Positions 30,350 through 40,607 of a stretch of 64,000 nt of DNA are shown one piece after another; positions within the stretch are counted from its first letter, which is position 1, and each line of letters begins with the position of its first letter. The stretch spans positions 64,001-128,000 of the IMG/VR virus record IMGVR_UViG_3300033066_001283; one strand, 5' to 3'. Below the pieces are notes generated by a model. That model had not been told where the DNA came from and made no database searches. It saw nothing but the letters and a program-made list of their open reading frames with translations. The stretch is from a virus (taxonomy: Duplodnaviria; Caudoviricetes). The position numbers and the translations under genes are program-made.

Positions 30350-31186
30350 CTAGAATGGTGTAAATGTCTTGGCAAAATTATTTAAGTTAACTGTATTAGG
30401 ATTAGCAGTATTTCCTGTAATATCGCTAACCTTAAGTATCTGGATATTTCTAGCCATGAATGAGTAAGTCTCAGCAATAGCTCTTCCATCATCAGTAATA
30501 GATGTTCCACGGCTTTGGAAGTGAACTCCAATCAATTTAATTCCATTAGCAGTAGTAATACCATCTTTAAATCCAGTAGGATCTTCATCAACATTATTAT
30601 CTAAGTAATAGTTAGTCTCAGACTGCCAAACAATCTTTCTACCATTACTGAGTGGGGTACCAAAAACTACTTTAATTTCTAATTCTTGGCCAGGATTTTC
30701 AAACATTCCACGTGTATTGTAGACAGTAGCATCATCCACACTAGAATAGGTATTAAACTGATTAGCACTCTTCTTTGCCTTAAGTGCTTTAATTTCAGCT
30801 TGAGAAATAGCTCCACTAGAATCTGTAGAAATAGTAGATAGATCTAGGCTATATGGAGCAACATCATTTTGAGATGCGTAAGTAGAAAAGGAGGTTTGTA
30901 GTCCCTTACCAATATTACTGAGAAGAGAGAATATGAATCCTTCCCTTTTGAAGTTCAAGCTTAACTCTCCAGAGATTAATCTAGCTCCATGATAAATTCT
31001 ATTAGGTACATAACTTGCATAATTATAGTATGGCCTAAGCTGTTCTAGAATCTGATAATTTAATTGGAGTGCTTCATCTAAGAATATATCATTGATATAG
31101 ATATGGGCATCTAGACCACTCCAATAGGCAGTATCAAATTCATCCACCAGTTTCCAGTTTTCTTGTAAAGCTTCAGTTCTAATCAT
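30350..31186 (-). CDS. Tail tube-like protein (paralogue 3)
   Basis: YWSGLDAHIYIN...GARLISGELSLNF...IKLIGVHF...SITDDG..IAETYSFMAR shares the tube pattern with its neighbours. Confidence 0.65.
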   Translation of the reverse strand: MIRTEALQENWKLVDEFDTAYWSGLDAHIYINDIFLDEALQLNYQILEQLRPYYNYASYVPNRIYHGARLISGELSLNFKREGFIFSLLSNIGKGLQTSFSTYASQNDVAPYSLDLSTISTDSSGAISQAEIKALKAKKSANQFNTYSSVDDATVYNTRGMFENPGQELEIKVVFGTPLSNGRKIVWQSETNYYLDNNVDEDPTGFKDGITTANGIKLIGVHFQSRGTSITDDGRAIAETYSFMARNIQILKVSDITGNTANPNTVNLNNFAKTFTPF

Positions 31187-32157
31187 TATGGGGGTGCCGT
31201 AGTTAGGAATTCAGTTGTAGAGTTATTAGTGCTAGTAGCTGTGGTTGCAGTAGTTGTAGTTGCTGCCGTGGTAGTTGCAGTAGTAGTTACTGTTGTTGTA
31301 GCAGCGGTTGTTGTAGCCGCAGTGGTGGTTGCAGCCGTAGTAGCGGTAGTTGTGGCTGTGGTAGTTGCTGTAGTCGTAGCGGTAGTAGTCGCGGTAGTAG
31401 TTGTAACGAAAGTAGTAGCAACAGTGGTAGTATTAACTTGCCTAATTGTTTCTAATCTCTGATCTACATCATTACCATTTACCGCATCAGTAAAGAAGTT
31501 ACCAAAGGCATCCTTCATCCCACTAAGAAGATTATACTGCTTCTTATATGTTTCACGCATCAGTGTGGTAATTTGTGATGCCATGAATGAGTACATATCT
31601 GTTAGCTGAATATCATTCACTGAGATGTTCTTAGAAGTATCAACAATCTTTACTGATTTGATCAGTATACTTCCTATCTCACTCTTTAATCCACTAAAGA
31701 AAACTACGCTAACATCAAATGGTGGAAGATTATCTGGGGTAATATATTCAGGTGCACCTAATCCAGCCCAAGATGCATAAGCTCTTATTACTTCTGCGAA
31801 TGGATTCTCATCTTGTACAACGAATCCCATAGATCCCGCTGGTAGATAGTGTCCTGTTGTATATCCTTTAATTCCCTTTCTACCTAAGCCTACAACAGGA
31901 TATGTTTCTCTATGTTCAGAGAGGCTTAAAATAGTTAGCCCTGGGAGCGAAACCATTGGAGGTTTTGTCCCAGAGCTAAAAGGCAACATTATTGTAACTG
32001 ATACGTCGGCAAAAGTATATGGGTCAGGAAAATAAGTTTGTTCACCTGGTCGTCCGATCCATTCTATTTTATTTTTAGAAACATTGTCCGCACGAACAAA
32101 GTCTGAATTTAACCAGACCTGGTTACGTGCGGCAAAGTCCGCAGTACTAACCGACAT
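31186..32157 (-). CDS. Tail tube-like protein (paralogue 2) with a Thr-rich C-terminal tail
   Basis: SLSEHRETYPVVGLG...KGYTTG...AGSMGF...DNLPPFDVSV...YSFMA, followed by about 70 aa of TTTA repeats. Confidence 0.7.
   Translation of the reverse strand: MSVSTADFAARNQVWLNSDFVRADNVSKNKIEWIGRPGEQTYFPDPYTFADVSVTIMLPFSSGTKPPMVSLPGLTILSLSEHRETYPVVGLGRKGIKGYTTGHYLPAGSMGFVVQDENPFAEVIRAYASWAGLGAPEYITPDNLPPFDVSVVFFSGLKSEIGSILIKSVKIVDTSKNISVNDIQLTDMYSFMASQITTLMRETYKKQYNLLSGMKDAFGNFFTDAVNGNDVDQRLETIRQVNTTTVATTFVTTTTATTTATTTATTTATTTATTAATTTAATTTAATTTVTTTATTTAATTTTATTATSTNNSTTEFLTTAPP
31229..31431 (-). repeat. Coding low-complexity repeat (TTTA/TTAA)n
   Basis: Degenerate 12-15 nt periodic repeat with mixed Thr codons. 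Confidence 0.85.
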
Positions 32158-32165
32158 AATTCAGA

Positions 32166-33002
32166 TTAATGAACACCAATAGCTACTGCCGCGACATTAG
32201 ATATTGGATTAACAATTTCACGCCATGGGCTTACGTTGAGAGCAACAAAAGCCATACCTACAGAGTTACCAAGATCATTCTGGCTGAAACCAGCTGTTTC
32301 TTGTGTAATACTCAATCCAAAGAGTGCACATGTTGAAGCATGGCCATCCTTAGTTACACCAACTAGAGTAAGATCGAATGGAGGAATCTGATCACTGAAG
32401 TTAAACTTCTGTGCACCAACCAATCGAGCAGTATTCCTCAACTGAGCAGCAAGCTCTTCAGCAAAGGCAGCTTGTGAAAGGCCCTTAATAAGTGAAGAAC
32501 TATTTGTTCTATTCTGAGACTTATCTCCAGAATCTTGAATAATATACTGATTCGCTTGACCCACTCTTCCTGGATTAAGCACAGCTAATGCAGCAGCATC
32601 ACTATTTGTAGTAGCTAAAAATTGAGCAGCAGAATCTGCACTCCAAAGGTCACCAATATACTTGGGTCCCTTATGCTGAAGATCAAAAACTCCCTCTAGA
32701 AGAGCATGCTTAGTATACTGACTGAATACTAATGATCCTACAACAGCTCGCTTACCTTGAACATAGAGCTGTGCATTTCTATCGCCCATAACATAGTTAC
32801 CAACTGTTTCAGTTGAGATTGACCATGTAATAGACTCTAGGTTGCCAACTCGAATGTTATTGATGTAGCAATCAAGGTCACCACCAGTGAAAACAACGTT
32901 GTTATTCTGGTTATTATATTGAGAATCAAGTGCCGGATCATTGACAATCTTAGCTCTCGATGTGTATGCATATCTTGCAAATACGTTATTAGTGTTTGCC
33001 AT
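32166..33002 (-). CDS. Tail tube protein (paralogue 1, probably the major one)
   Basis: FTGGDL...LESITWSISTE...GKRAVVGSLVF...DQIPPFDLTL; directly downstream of the sheath gene with a strong SD (AAGGAG). Confidence 0.75.
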   Translation of the reverse strand: MANTNNVFARYAYTSRAKIVNDPALDSQYNNQNNNVVFTGGDLDCYINNIRVGNLESITWSISTETVGNYVMGDRNAQLYVQGKRAVVGSLVFSQYTKHALLEGVFDLQHKGPKYIGDLWSADSAAQFLATTNSDAAALAVLNPGRVGQANQYIIQDSGDKSQNRTNSSSLIKGLSQAAFAEELAAQLRNTARLVGAQKFNFSDQIPPFDLTLVGVTKDGHASTCALFGLSITQETAGFSQNDLGNSVGMAFVALNVSPWREIVNPISNVAAVAIGVH

Positions 33003-33012
33003 TTATTTCTCC

Positions 33013-34728
33013 TTAAGAACTCTGCCGTACCGCAACGGTCAAGAATATACGTCGTAGAGCTGAAGCAGGAGCAATTTCCATATAGACTCTAGCAATACCA
33101 AGAATGGAGTCAGTACCATCCATTGTTACCCTAAAGTCATATCCAATTCCCTTTCCACCTCGAAGTGCACCAGATTGAGTGTATCCATCAAGAACGTTCT
33201 GAACAGATGTTTCCATTGCTGAAAGAACACCAGCACCAGTTGACTGTCCAAGGAAGTTACTTAGTTCATAGCTAACATCACTGTGAATGTTATTGCAGAG
33301 ATGAACTAATTGATAGTTTCTGAAGTACTCATCTCTACCAGCAGCAGTAACGTCATCGAACACTACCATTGGGCCAAATGGATCTCTTAGATTTCGTGTA
33401 AGGCACACAAATGCACCATTACCAGAGGTATCAGTTATTCCATCATATCCTACACCTTGAACCAGTTTATTGGCATATTTAGCAGGGTAAGCTGTTCCAT
33501 ATGCAGTGATTCCAGCAACTTCTTTATAGATAGGTGCTCTCTCAGGTGCTAGAGTAGTCAACATGGCAGCATAACTTACATGCCAGTTCTCAGAATATCG
33601 TCCTAGCTCAGGATGTGTATAAACAACCTGTGGCCCTGCAACTACTGCTAATCGTGCTCCAAGATCAATAATACCAGCGACTGGATCATTTCTCTTCCAA
33701 CCAGCATTAAGTAATGGACCAGCTTTATTCCAACGTAATGTTGAGTTATATGCTGAAGATCCGTCAGTAGCAAGTAATGCGTTATTAATGTATGTAATTA
33801 AAGACGCCTCTTCCCGAAGGTTAGGTGGTCTTGTACCCATAACACCAAAGCAAGGCCTAACTTCTGCTGATTGTTGATCTAAGAAGTAGATAAAGTCTGA
33901 TGCAATAGTTGTAGTGGTTTTAGCAGTTGCGTTATCAGCTACAACCTGGTCATCAATGTATATTCCAGCTAAGACTGCAACACTAAATTGGAATCTTTGA
34001 CCTAGAATACTATCAAATGTACCAGAGTCGACAGTTGTAAGCATTGTGGCATATCCTGATACACAATCAGCATATGATTCACCTTTAGCTCTTGTACCAT
34101 TAGTTCCACCAGATAACGTACAAGTACCTGAACTAATTGTAGTACAGGCATTAGTTATTACTGATGGATATGTTTCAGGATTAATATAGATCGAGTTGTT
34201 TCTACGATCACCATTAATCTGATTAATCATTTCGCCAATATTCAATGAGGAAGCATAAGTTGTAATGTATGCTCCACCCTTAACAGTTGGCTGGTTCAAA
34301 TGGAAGGTAACTTGGTTACCTGAAGTGGCAAATGTAACAGAAACCGAATTATACAATCTACCTGGGTAGAGTGATCGGATGTCCATTGCGCTTCCAAAAC
34401 TTGAAGCTGAAGTAGCATAAGTACCTGTTGCACGAATACACCAAACATCACCGCAACCTGCTCCAATTGCTTGAACGGCTGCTTGTGAAATTGAGTTACC
34501 TGCATCAAGACCACTCTCAGTGCTTGAGTTTGGATCTAGATAGCTGTTAGTATAAACAGCGGGCCCAAATATACGGGCTAAGTCAGTGGCGCTTGTAATC
34601 TGAACGGGTCTATTCAATGGACCATCAACTGCGGTGCCTATAATAAGCAACCGCTCTGTGGTTGGACCATTAACAATATTCTTAATCTTCCCGCCGATTG
34701 TTGTAAAATACGAGCCTGGAACTGGCAT
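33013..34728 (-). CDS. Tail sheath protein (probably the major one)
   Basis: LLIIGTAVDGPLNRPVQITS..DLARIFG, LSGGTNG, and C-terminal EIAPASALRRIFLTV; strong SD. Confidence 0.85.
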   Translation of the reverse strand: MPVPGSYFTTIGGKIKNIVNGPTTERLLIIGTAVDGPLNRPVQITSATDLARIFGPAVYTNSYLDPNSSTESGLDAGNSISQAAVQAIGAGCGDVWCIRATGTYATSASSFGSAMDIRSLYPGRLYNSVSVTFATSGNQVTFHLNQPTVKGGAYITTYASSLNIGEMINQINGDRRNNSIYINPETYPSVITNACTTISSGTCTLSGGTNGTRAKGESYADCVSGYATMLTTVDSGTFDSILGQRFQFSVAVLAGIYIDDQVVADNATAKTTTTIASDFIYFLDQQSAEVRPCFGVMGTRPPNLREEASLITYINNALLATDGSSAYNSTLRWNKAGPLLNAGWKRNDPVAGIIDLGARLAVVAGPQVVYTHPELGRYSENWHVSYAAMLTTLAPERAPIYKEVAGITAYGTAYPAKYANKLVQGVGYDGITDTSGNGAFVCLTRNLRDPFGPMVVFDDVTAAGRDEYFRNYQLVHLCNNIHSDVSYELSNFLGQSTGAGVLSAMETSVQNVLDGYTQSGALRGGKGIGYDFRVTMDGTDSILGIARVYMEIAPASALRRIFLTVAVRQSS

Positions 34729-34744
34729 TTGTTATTTCTCCTTA

Positions 34745-35593
34745 CTACGATTTAATGATGGTTTGAACGGTGGCAGGACCTGCTAGAATATAATCTACTC
34801 GGAACTGTTCTCCAACGGAGGGACCTACACCATTATCAGTCCACTCTATATAAGCTACGTTGTCGTCATCATATTTGATTTTATAATCAACATCCTTTAC
34901 AGTAGGAGTACTTGTTACTTGTCTAACTATTCTAGTTATATCAACAACACGTTTTCCTACATCTACAGGAACGTACAGTTTCGAGGTTGCGTTTGATCTA
35001 ACAATAATCTTAGAATCTGCTAGAGATCCTAATCTTGCTTCTTGTTCGATCATTCTAAGCTGAGGTACAGCATGAATATACTTGATAGGTACTACTGCTT
35101 CAAATCTTAATGTTCTAACCATCAATTCGTCTTGGTTTTTCCACATAAGAGTAGAATCACCAACTTGTTCTGAGAACACCATTGAGAATCCTAATACTTC
35201 TGATTGAACTACCGAGACAACTTGTAAGATCGCATTTTCTAGATTCCAAGCAATTTCTTCTACTTCCTCTGAAGAGGTACCAAATACAGCAAATTCATAG
35301 ACGACTCTCTGCTGCTGCATATGTTCTTCAAATTGATATCCAGTATCTGAATTACCTACATATCTATAAAAACTAGCTCCTCTTGCTTGTGCTATATTAT
35401 CCTTTCCACCACCTGGAATTCTTCTAAAGATTCTCCAGACAATGGTTGGTTTATTTACAGCTTTCTGAGGATAGGCATTCGAAACTTCAACACCATATTT
35501 AGTTATGAAGTATTCTTCAATCTTGCTCCAAATTTTCTTGGGTATATCATACGGACTAATATTCGATTGTGTATCCAGTTTGTTCGTAGACAT
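34745..35593 (-). CDS. Tail terminator / neck protein
   Basis: NAYP...KPTIVW...YEFAVFG.S.EEVEEIA pattern; lies just upstream of the sheath gene. Confidence 0.5.
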   Translation of the reverse strand: MSTNKLDTQSNISPYDIPKKIWSKIEEYFITKYGVEVSNAYPQKAVNKPTIVWRIFRRIPGGGKDNIAQARGASFYRYVGNSDTGYQFEEHMQQQRVVYEFAVFGTSSEEVEEIAWNLENAILQVVSVVQSEVLGFSMVFSEQVGDSTLMWKNQDELMVRTLRFEAVVPIKYIHAVPQLRMIEQEARLGSLADSKIIVRSNATSKLYVPVDVGKRVVDITRIVRQVTSTPTVKDVDYKIKYDDDNVAYIEWTDNGVGPSVGEQFRVDYILAGPATVQTIIKS

Positions 35594-35613
35594 CCTATCT
35601 ATAGTAGAGGAGC

Positions 35614-37026
35614 TTACTTATTCTTAACTACAAAAGAAATATTAAGAATTTCGTTGCTAACTATACCTTCTATACCCACAAACATATCCTCGCCCTTGAC
35701 TATAACACTTACATTGGTAATCTTAACAAAAGCTATAGTAGATAATATCTGGGTGATATCTCTTTGCATTAAGCTATTAACACCTTGTGGAATCAATTGG
35801 CCAATATATCTAAAGCAATAGGTTCTTGCAAGGCTTATAATCTCAGCTACTTTAGAGTGGTAAATAAAGCTATAATTACTAATATCTCCTAGTGAGTTTA
35901 CTCCTCTATACGTACTTATATCGTTCTTAATATAACGCATTAAAGGTACAAATCCATTAGTTATCAGTAATTCTAGATCTGATTCCTGTAAAGTAGGTGT
36001 GAACGAATCTACTGATAGTGGTAGATTAGTTAGGTTATCATTCAACGATTTAGATATGGCTATAGCAGCAGCTTCAGCACCATATCTAGTAACTTGCTTA
36101 CCTTCAATAGTAGTTGTTACTTCACCAGCAACAAGTACAATCTGGCTACTTCTATAAGGTATTTGTGTAGCCATAGTATCAACCCACGTAGACGCTGGGC
36201 TAGTTACCATTGGTGAATTCAAGAAATATATTCTAGGTTGACCAGTAGGATCAGCAATAAAATCTGCAATTTTAATAATATAATCTGAAGTAGCTTCAGC
36301 TGGTATACACACATGAGTAACTTCTGTCGGAAAGAATCCATAGTTAATTAAATTATCTAACGTAGATGAATTTATTGTTCCATCAGAGCCCCCACTCATG
36401 TACGAACTAAAAGGAGATAAAGTATCAGTAAAAGTCTCCACATAGATTGGAGAAGATCCTAATCTAAACTTACTGTCTAACCAAGCAGGGAAATTATGAA
36501 CATCACCTGTATAACTTAAGGCTGGATAGTTAGGTTCTAAGCCTGATACAGTAAATCCAGATCCTGTGTAACTAATATAAACCTTATTATACTTAACTCC
36601 ACCATACTTAGATTTGAATATCCAGTCTCCTACTACTAAGCTAGCTTTCTCTCCACCTATTCTTACAACATATGGAGCAGTTCCTGTATCAGCTTGGAAC
36701 TTTTTAGCTGAGGCTATTAAATCTGAATAAGCTATATAGGGTGTGTAGGTTAGATCAACTAATTGATTTCCTGAACCTCCTATTGTTCCAAATAATAATG
36801 TTGAGCCTGAAACGATTGGTGAATATAGCCAACTATTAACATAGTTTACCTTATTAGTAGGAGTTTTCCAGGGAGTATATTCTAAAGTTACTGAAGAAGC
36901 TGATGGGGATAAATATTGACGCTGTACATAATTTCCACCATATAGTGCTACATCATCACCTGAAAATAATTTAACTTGATAGCTGGGACCATCAGTTGCT
37001 GTTCCTACCAATAAGACTTTTGCCAT
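35614..37026 (-). CDS. Second tail sheath-like protein
   Basis: VLLVGTATDGP, YVVRIGG, MSGGSDG and C-terminal ISFVV, paralogous to 33013-34728. Confidence 0.7.
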   Translation of the reverse strand: MAKVLLVGTATDGPSYQVKLFSGDDVALYGGNYVQRQYLSPSASSVTLEYTPWKTPTNKVNYVNSWLYSPIVSGSTLLFGTIGGSGNQLVDLTYTPYIAYSDLIASAKKFQADTGTAPYVVRIGGEKASLVVGDWIFKSKYGGVKYNKVYISYTGSGFTVSGLEPNYPALSYTGDVHNFPAWLDSKFRLGSSPIYVETFTDTLSPFSSYMSGGSDGTINSSTLDNLINYGFFPTEVTHVCIPAEATSDYIIKIADFIADPTGQPRIYFLNSPMVTSPASTWVDTMATQIPYRSSQIVLVAGEVTTTIEGKQVTRYGAEAAAIAISKSLNDNLTNLPLSVDSFTPTLQESDLELLITNGFVPLMRYIKNDISTYRGVNSLGDISNYSFIYHSKVAEIISLARTYCFRYIGQLIPQGVNSLMQRDITQILSTIAFVKITNVSVIVKGEDMFVGIEGIVSNEILNISFVVKNK

Positions 37027-37622
37027 TCGCCACCTGATTCTAACACTTTTATATTTGAAACTAGATTTACAGCTTTACTAAACCTATCTGCATTAATTCC
37101 ATACTCTTCTAGCCCACAACCAAAGAAGCTAAGTTCTCGCTCAAAATGATTGTTTATCTGCTTAATTAAGAACACATCAGTAATATTTAGTATTCTAGGT
37201 TTAGTGCTATTACTAATAGATTGTGTAGGTTTATCCCATTCTACTATACAGATTAAATCTTCTAATTGAGGTTTTACCACTCTAGGGAAGAAGACTACAG
37301 CTTTAAAGTACTGAATGAAACCTGGATCCTGTCTAATATCAGATTCCCTTGGCGAAATAGAGGTGCCACCAAAGTCAAATCTACAAGGAACTATTTGTGG
37401 TGTAATTTTAACACCTGTACCCCAGCAGAAAGAATCTACCTTATTTACTGCTAAAGATGATTGACCTTCAGCACTATAATGAGTAGGACATTTAAATCGT
37501 TCATCACGTCTTAAATAAAGAGAAAACTGACAGTTCTCATCTATAAAGTCCCTAGCATGACTACCTATTGGAGAACTATCTTTCCAGTTCCCTTTCTTTA
37601 CACCCCAATCATTCATAGCCAA
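37005..37622 (-). CDS. Head closure / neck protein
   Basis: Synteny between adaptor and sheath; C.C...FCWGTG-like element. Confidence 0.45.
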   Translation of the reverse strand: MAMNDWGVKKGNWKDSSPIGSHARDFIDENCQFSLYLRRDERFKCPTHYSAEGQSSLAVNKVDSFCWGTGVKITPQIVPCRFDFGGTSISPRESDIRQDPGFIQYFKAVVFFPRVVKPQLEDLICIVEWDKPTQSISNSTKPRILNITDVFLIKQINNHFERELSFFGCGLEEYGINADRFSKAVNLVSNIKVLESGGEWQKSYW

Positions 37623-39163
37623 CTATCATCCCTGTGTGATTCAACCCAGTTTACACTTTGATCCCAGTCCCATACAGCAGGACTCCAGTCAGCAGATCTT
37701 GCAGCAGATTTTGGTAGATCTGATGGAATTAGGTAGTTCTCCCATTCCTTTAGATCCTTACCAGCAGTGTCTAATGCTAGTTTCATTGCATCAATGAAAT
37801 CTTTAGATAGGCTATCTGAATAATCTCCTAACTTCCTAGCTCTACCTACATCTCTCAACTGTTCCATTAGAACAGACTGGAGAATCTTATATGTTGCAGC
37901 TGCTTCAACCCATTTTAGTACACCAAAGCTCTTAAGGTTACTTGAATCCCTAACCACCTTCTCAGTAAGTGTATCACCATAGAAAGTATACATAGTTGGG
38001 ATCATAATATAACCATAGAATCTAGCATTAGCTTCTAAGCTTGCTTGGTAAATCCAGAAGTTAATTAAATCATCAGGAATCTGCCCTTCTGCACCTAATA
38101 GTCTTGCTCTAATTGCACGTTTATCCACATAATATGGATCATACATTCCTGAGATATAATAGCTATAGTCTTCATCTAACGCAATTCCATCAGTATTCAG
38201 CATTTCTCCTGAGATACTAAAATCATACCTCATATTCTTTGAGATAGTCTCAGAAGGAGTGAATGTTAATTTCTTACCTGATAAAGACCAAGATCCTGCT
38301 ATATCAGCTTCAATGTAAGAGCTTACATCATCGTTTCTTGGGAGTTGCGCTTTCTTCTTCGCTGTAACATATGAAGTAAAGTCAGAAGCGGGTGTAGAGC
38401 TAAATGTGAAGGAAATAGTCGGAAAAGCTGGTAAGTGTGTGGCTCCATTAGTAAATCCAATTTTTGTTATTCCAAATGTATCTACATCCGCCCAAGTTTG
38501 ATTGGATGTAGGGTGTGCAATTTGAACACTGCCAAAGTAGAATGAGTTAACATCTGAGTAGACTCCAGAAACACTACTGGTGAAGCTTTCAACTCGCCAA
38601 TAATATGTTGTTTCAGAATTGAATGATCCTGCTGGAGTTATAGCACTAGATGTTGTCGTAGAAGTGTAAAGTGGGGAAATAAAATTCCAATTATCATCTA
38701 GTACGACTCTGTAATAGACAGTTCCTGTAGCAGAAGAGCTCCAGGATAACGTTGGAAATACATCTAATATGGATGCATTTGCTGGGCTTAAAAGGGTAAC
38801 AGGGCTTAAACTAACAGAATCAGTATTAAAATCCCATTGATACTTATTAGTGCTCTTTCTACCGTCTGTGGAAGCAACACCATTTCTTACGAAGATTCTA
38901 TACTTCTTGCCTCTAGGAAGATCCTGGGCAGCAATTAAGGTCAATCTTCTAGTGTTAGCTGTGTAACTAACATAACTAGTAGGAATTATAGTACTAGTTA
39001 AATCATCCATTAGTACAACTAGTTGAGCCCTAGTTGCATCATTTGAGAATTGTGCAGTATCTACATCCACTGACCAATCTAGGATGATTGTTGGTCTTAG
39101 ATCTGTAACCGCTGAATCTTTCAAGGTTGGAAAGAAATAAGTGAGTTCTGGAATATACTGCAT
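37613..39163 (-). CDS. Head-tail adaptor-like protein with N-terminal Ig-like (Big_5/FN3-like) domains
   Basis: FPT...V.DLRPTI...LTLIAAQDL..GKKYRI, YYWRVES, LTFTPSETISKNMRY; helical C-domain with RKLGDYSDS; follows the capsid gene. Confidence 0.55.
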   Translation of the reverse strand: MQYIPELTYFFPTLKDSAVTDLRPTIILDWSVDVDTAQFSNDATRAQLVVLMDDLTSTIIPTSYVSYTANTRRLTLIAAQDLPRGKKYRIFVRNGVASTDGRKSTNKYQWDFNTDSVSLSPVTLLSPANASILDVFPTLSWSSSATGTVYYRVVLDDNWNFISPLYTSTTTSSAITPAGSFNSETTYYWRVESFTSSVSGVYSDVNSFYFGSVQIAHPTSNQTWADVDTFGITKIGFTNGATHLPAFPTISFTFSSTPASDFTSYVTAKKKAQLPRNDDVSSYIEADIAGSWSLSGKKLTFTPSETISKNMRYDFSISGEMLNTDGIALDEDYSYYISGMYDPYYVDKRAIRARLLGAEGQIPDDLINFWIYQASLEANARFYGYIMIPTMYTFYGDTLTEKVVRDSSNLKSFGVLKWVEAAATYKILQSVLMEQLRDVGRARKLGDYSDSLSKDFIDAMKLALDTAGKDLKEWENYLIPSDLPKSAARSADWSPAVWDWDQSVNWVESHRDDSWL

Positions 39164-39182
39164 CGGTTATATGAAATAGAGG

Positions 39183-39220
39183 AAGAAAATAGGGTGGACC
39201 CCCGTGAGAAAGGTCCACCC
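39183..39220 (-). terminator. Intrinsic terminator after the major capsid gene
   Basis: Stem GGGTGGACC(TTT)/(GGG)GGTCCACCC followed by TATTTTCTT on the minus strand. Confidence 0.8.
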
Positions 39221-39253
39221 ATGTAGGAGGTAGTACTGTTACTGCTTACCCAA

Positions 39254-40543
39254 TTAGCTGGTAACAGTGCGGATTGTAAACAGTGCTTCCTGGTTAACGT
39301 CCACTCGAATGTTTCGGGCCACACACATACCCTTACCATTATCTTTAGCAGAGATACCAAGATGCTGCTTAGCCTTAAGAGTGGTTGAATCTCTATACCA
39401 GTTATCCATCTGATCCATCTGGATTCCACCACGCTGTGCCATGTACAAAGAGTTATCCTTGTCAATTAGGTAGAGATCGCTAAGAACCTTAGCAGTACCA
39501 AAACCTGAACCTGTCCAAGAAACTAGTGCCTTGTTTTCAGCATAAGGAATTGCATAGTATGGAACATACTGAACACCAAATGGGAAGTTATGACTCTGAT
39601 CAAATTGAGGAGGAGTAGTCCAGACTCCAGCACCAAGCTGTCCACCGTGATAGAACTGAGCTCGAATAATTGGATCCTGTGCGAATACTGGCCACATCAA
39701 TGGATGAGCTAGGAAGTGAGTAGCATTGTATCGGTTGCCCAATAGAACACCAAACATCTTCACCAAGTCATTATAGCTGAAGGTACCATTGGCAATCAAA
39801 GTTCCACCAGAAAGACCCTTACCAGTTGTCTGGTAGGTTGTCTGCTGAGAGTTCTCAAGAGACACTTCTGGTTTGGGGAATGTTCGATCAATATCGTTAT
39901 CGAAGACAACCTGTGCTCGCTGGGTCAAAGCCTGGAAGAGCATTGATTCCTTCTTGAGCTGGATTGCCTGACTCATCAACCGCATATTGAGCTTAAGAAT
40001 CGGCCACATGGACTGATTAATAACCTCTTCAGAAACACCCATCGAGAGACCGATCTTTCTGATGCGGATTGATGTCATGTGCTGTTGGAAGCTGAGGCTC
40101 TGGTTAGGATACTCTTGGTTCTCAGCAACTTCAAACGCTTGAACGCTTGAAACTGTAGGGAACTCAACCAACAGTGGATTGTTGTCAGGTAGATTAACAA
40201 TATCTGCAACACTGTTCTGTAGGAACAAATTCGGCATGCGAGGCTCCTGAAGAACCTCAGAGATGACACGTGGGAAGACGATTGATACGTCAGCTGAAGT
40301 TAAAGCTTCCTTAACAGCAAGCCCTGGATTATCAATTACCTGCTCACCAGCAAATGTTTCACCAGTAAACTGGGAATACACATACTCCTGAGCTTGATTA
40401 ATCTTCTTCTGGATTTCCGCTGGAGTGTACTCACCCTCACCTTCGCCAATCTTTAGACCATTCGCTTCTGCAAATGCTTGGATTGAAGGCTCAAGTTCCT
40501 TCCTCTTCGCTTCCTGCATTAAACTAAAAATATTCTTTTTCAT
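39254..40543 (-). CDS. Major capsid protein (HK97-like fold)
   Basis: FPRVISEVLQE...AFEVAENQEYP...IRKIGLSMGVSEEVI..S.W; downstream of the protease and decoration genes and followed by a strong terminator. Confidence 0.85.
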   Translation of the reverse strand: MKKNIFSLMQEAKRKELEPSIQAFAEANGLKIGEGEGEYTPAEIQKKINQAQEYVYSQFTGETFAGEQVIDNPGLAVKEALTSADVSIVFPRVISEVLQEPRMPNLFLQNSVADIVNLPDNNPLLVEFPTVSSVQAFEVAENQEYPNQSLSFQQHMTSIRIRKIGLSMGVSEEVINQSMWPILKLNMRLMSQAIQLKKESMLFQALTQRAQVVFDNDIDRTFPKPEVSLENSQQTTYQTTGKGLSGGTLIANGTFSYNDLVKMFGVLLGNRYNATHFLAHPLMWPVFAQDPIIRAQFYHGGQLGAGVWTTPPQFDQSHNFPFGVQYVPYYAIPYAENKALVSWTGSGFGTAKVLSDLYLIDKDNSLYMAQRGGIQMDQMDNWYRDSTTLKAKQHLGISAKDNGKGMCVARNIRVDVNQEALFTIRTVTS

Positions 40544-40577
40544 TTTCTATTTCTTTCCTTGTTTTAATTCTTAGCCT

Positions 40578-40600
40578 GTTGGGGGAAGTTATCCCCCAAC
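40578..40600. promoter_or_regulatory. Hairpin upstream of the capsid gene (possible mRNA stabiliser or processing site)
   Basis: GTTGGGGGA-AGTTA-TCCCCCAAC, 9-bp stem, no U-tract on the sense strand. Confidence 0.45.
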
Positions 40601-40607
40601 CTTATTC

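Noticed and set aside
29095-37026. Extracellular contractile injection system or tailocin instead of a phage
   Set aside because: Terminase, portal, protease and capsid genes are present in the same operon.
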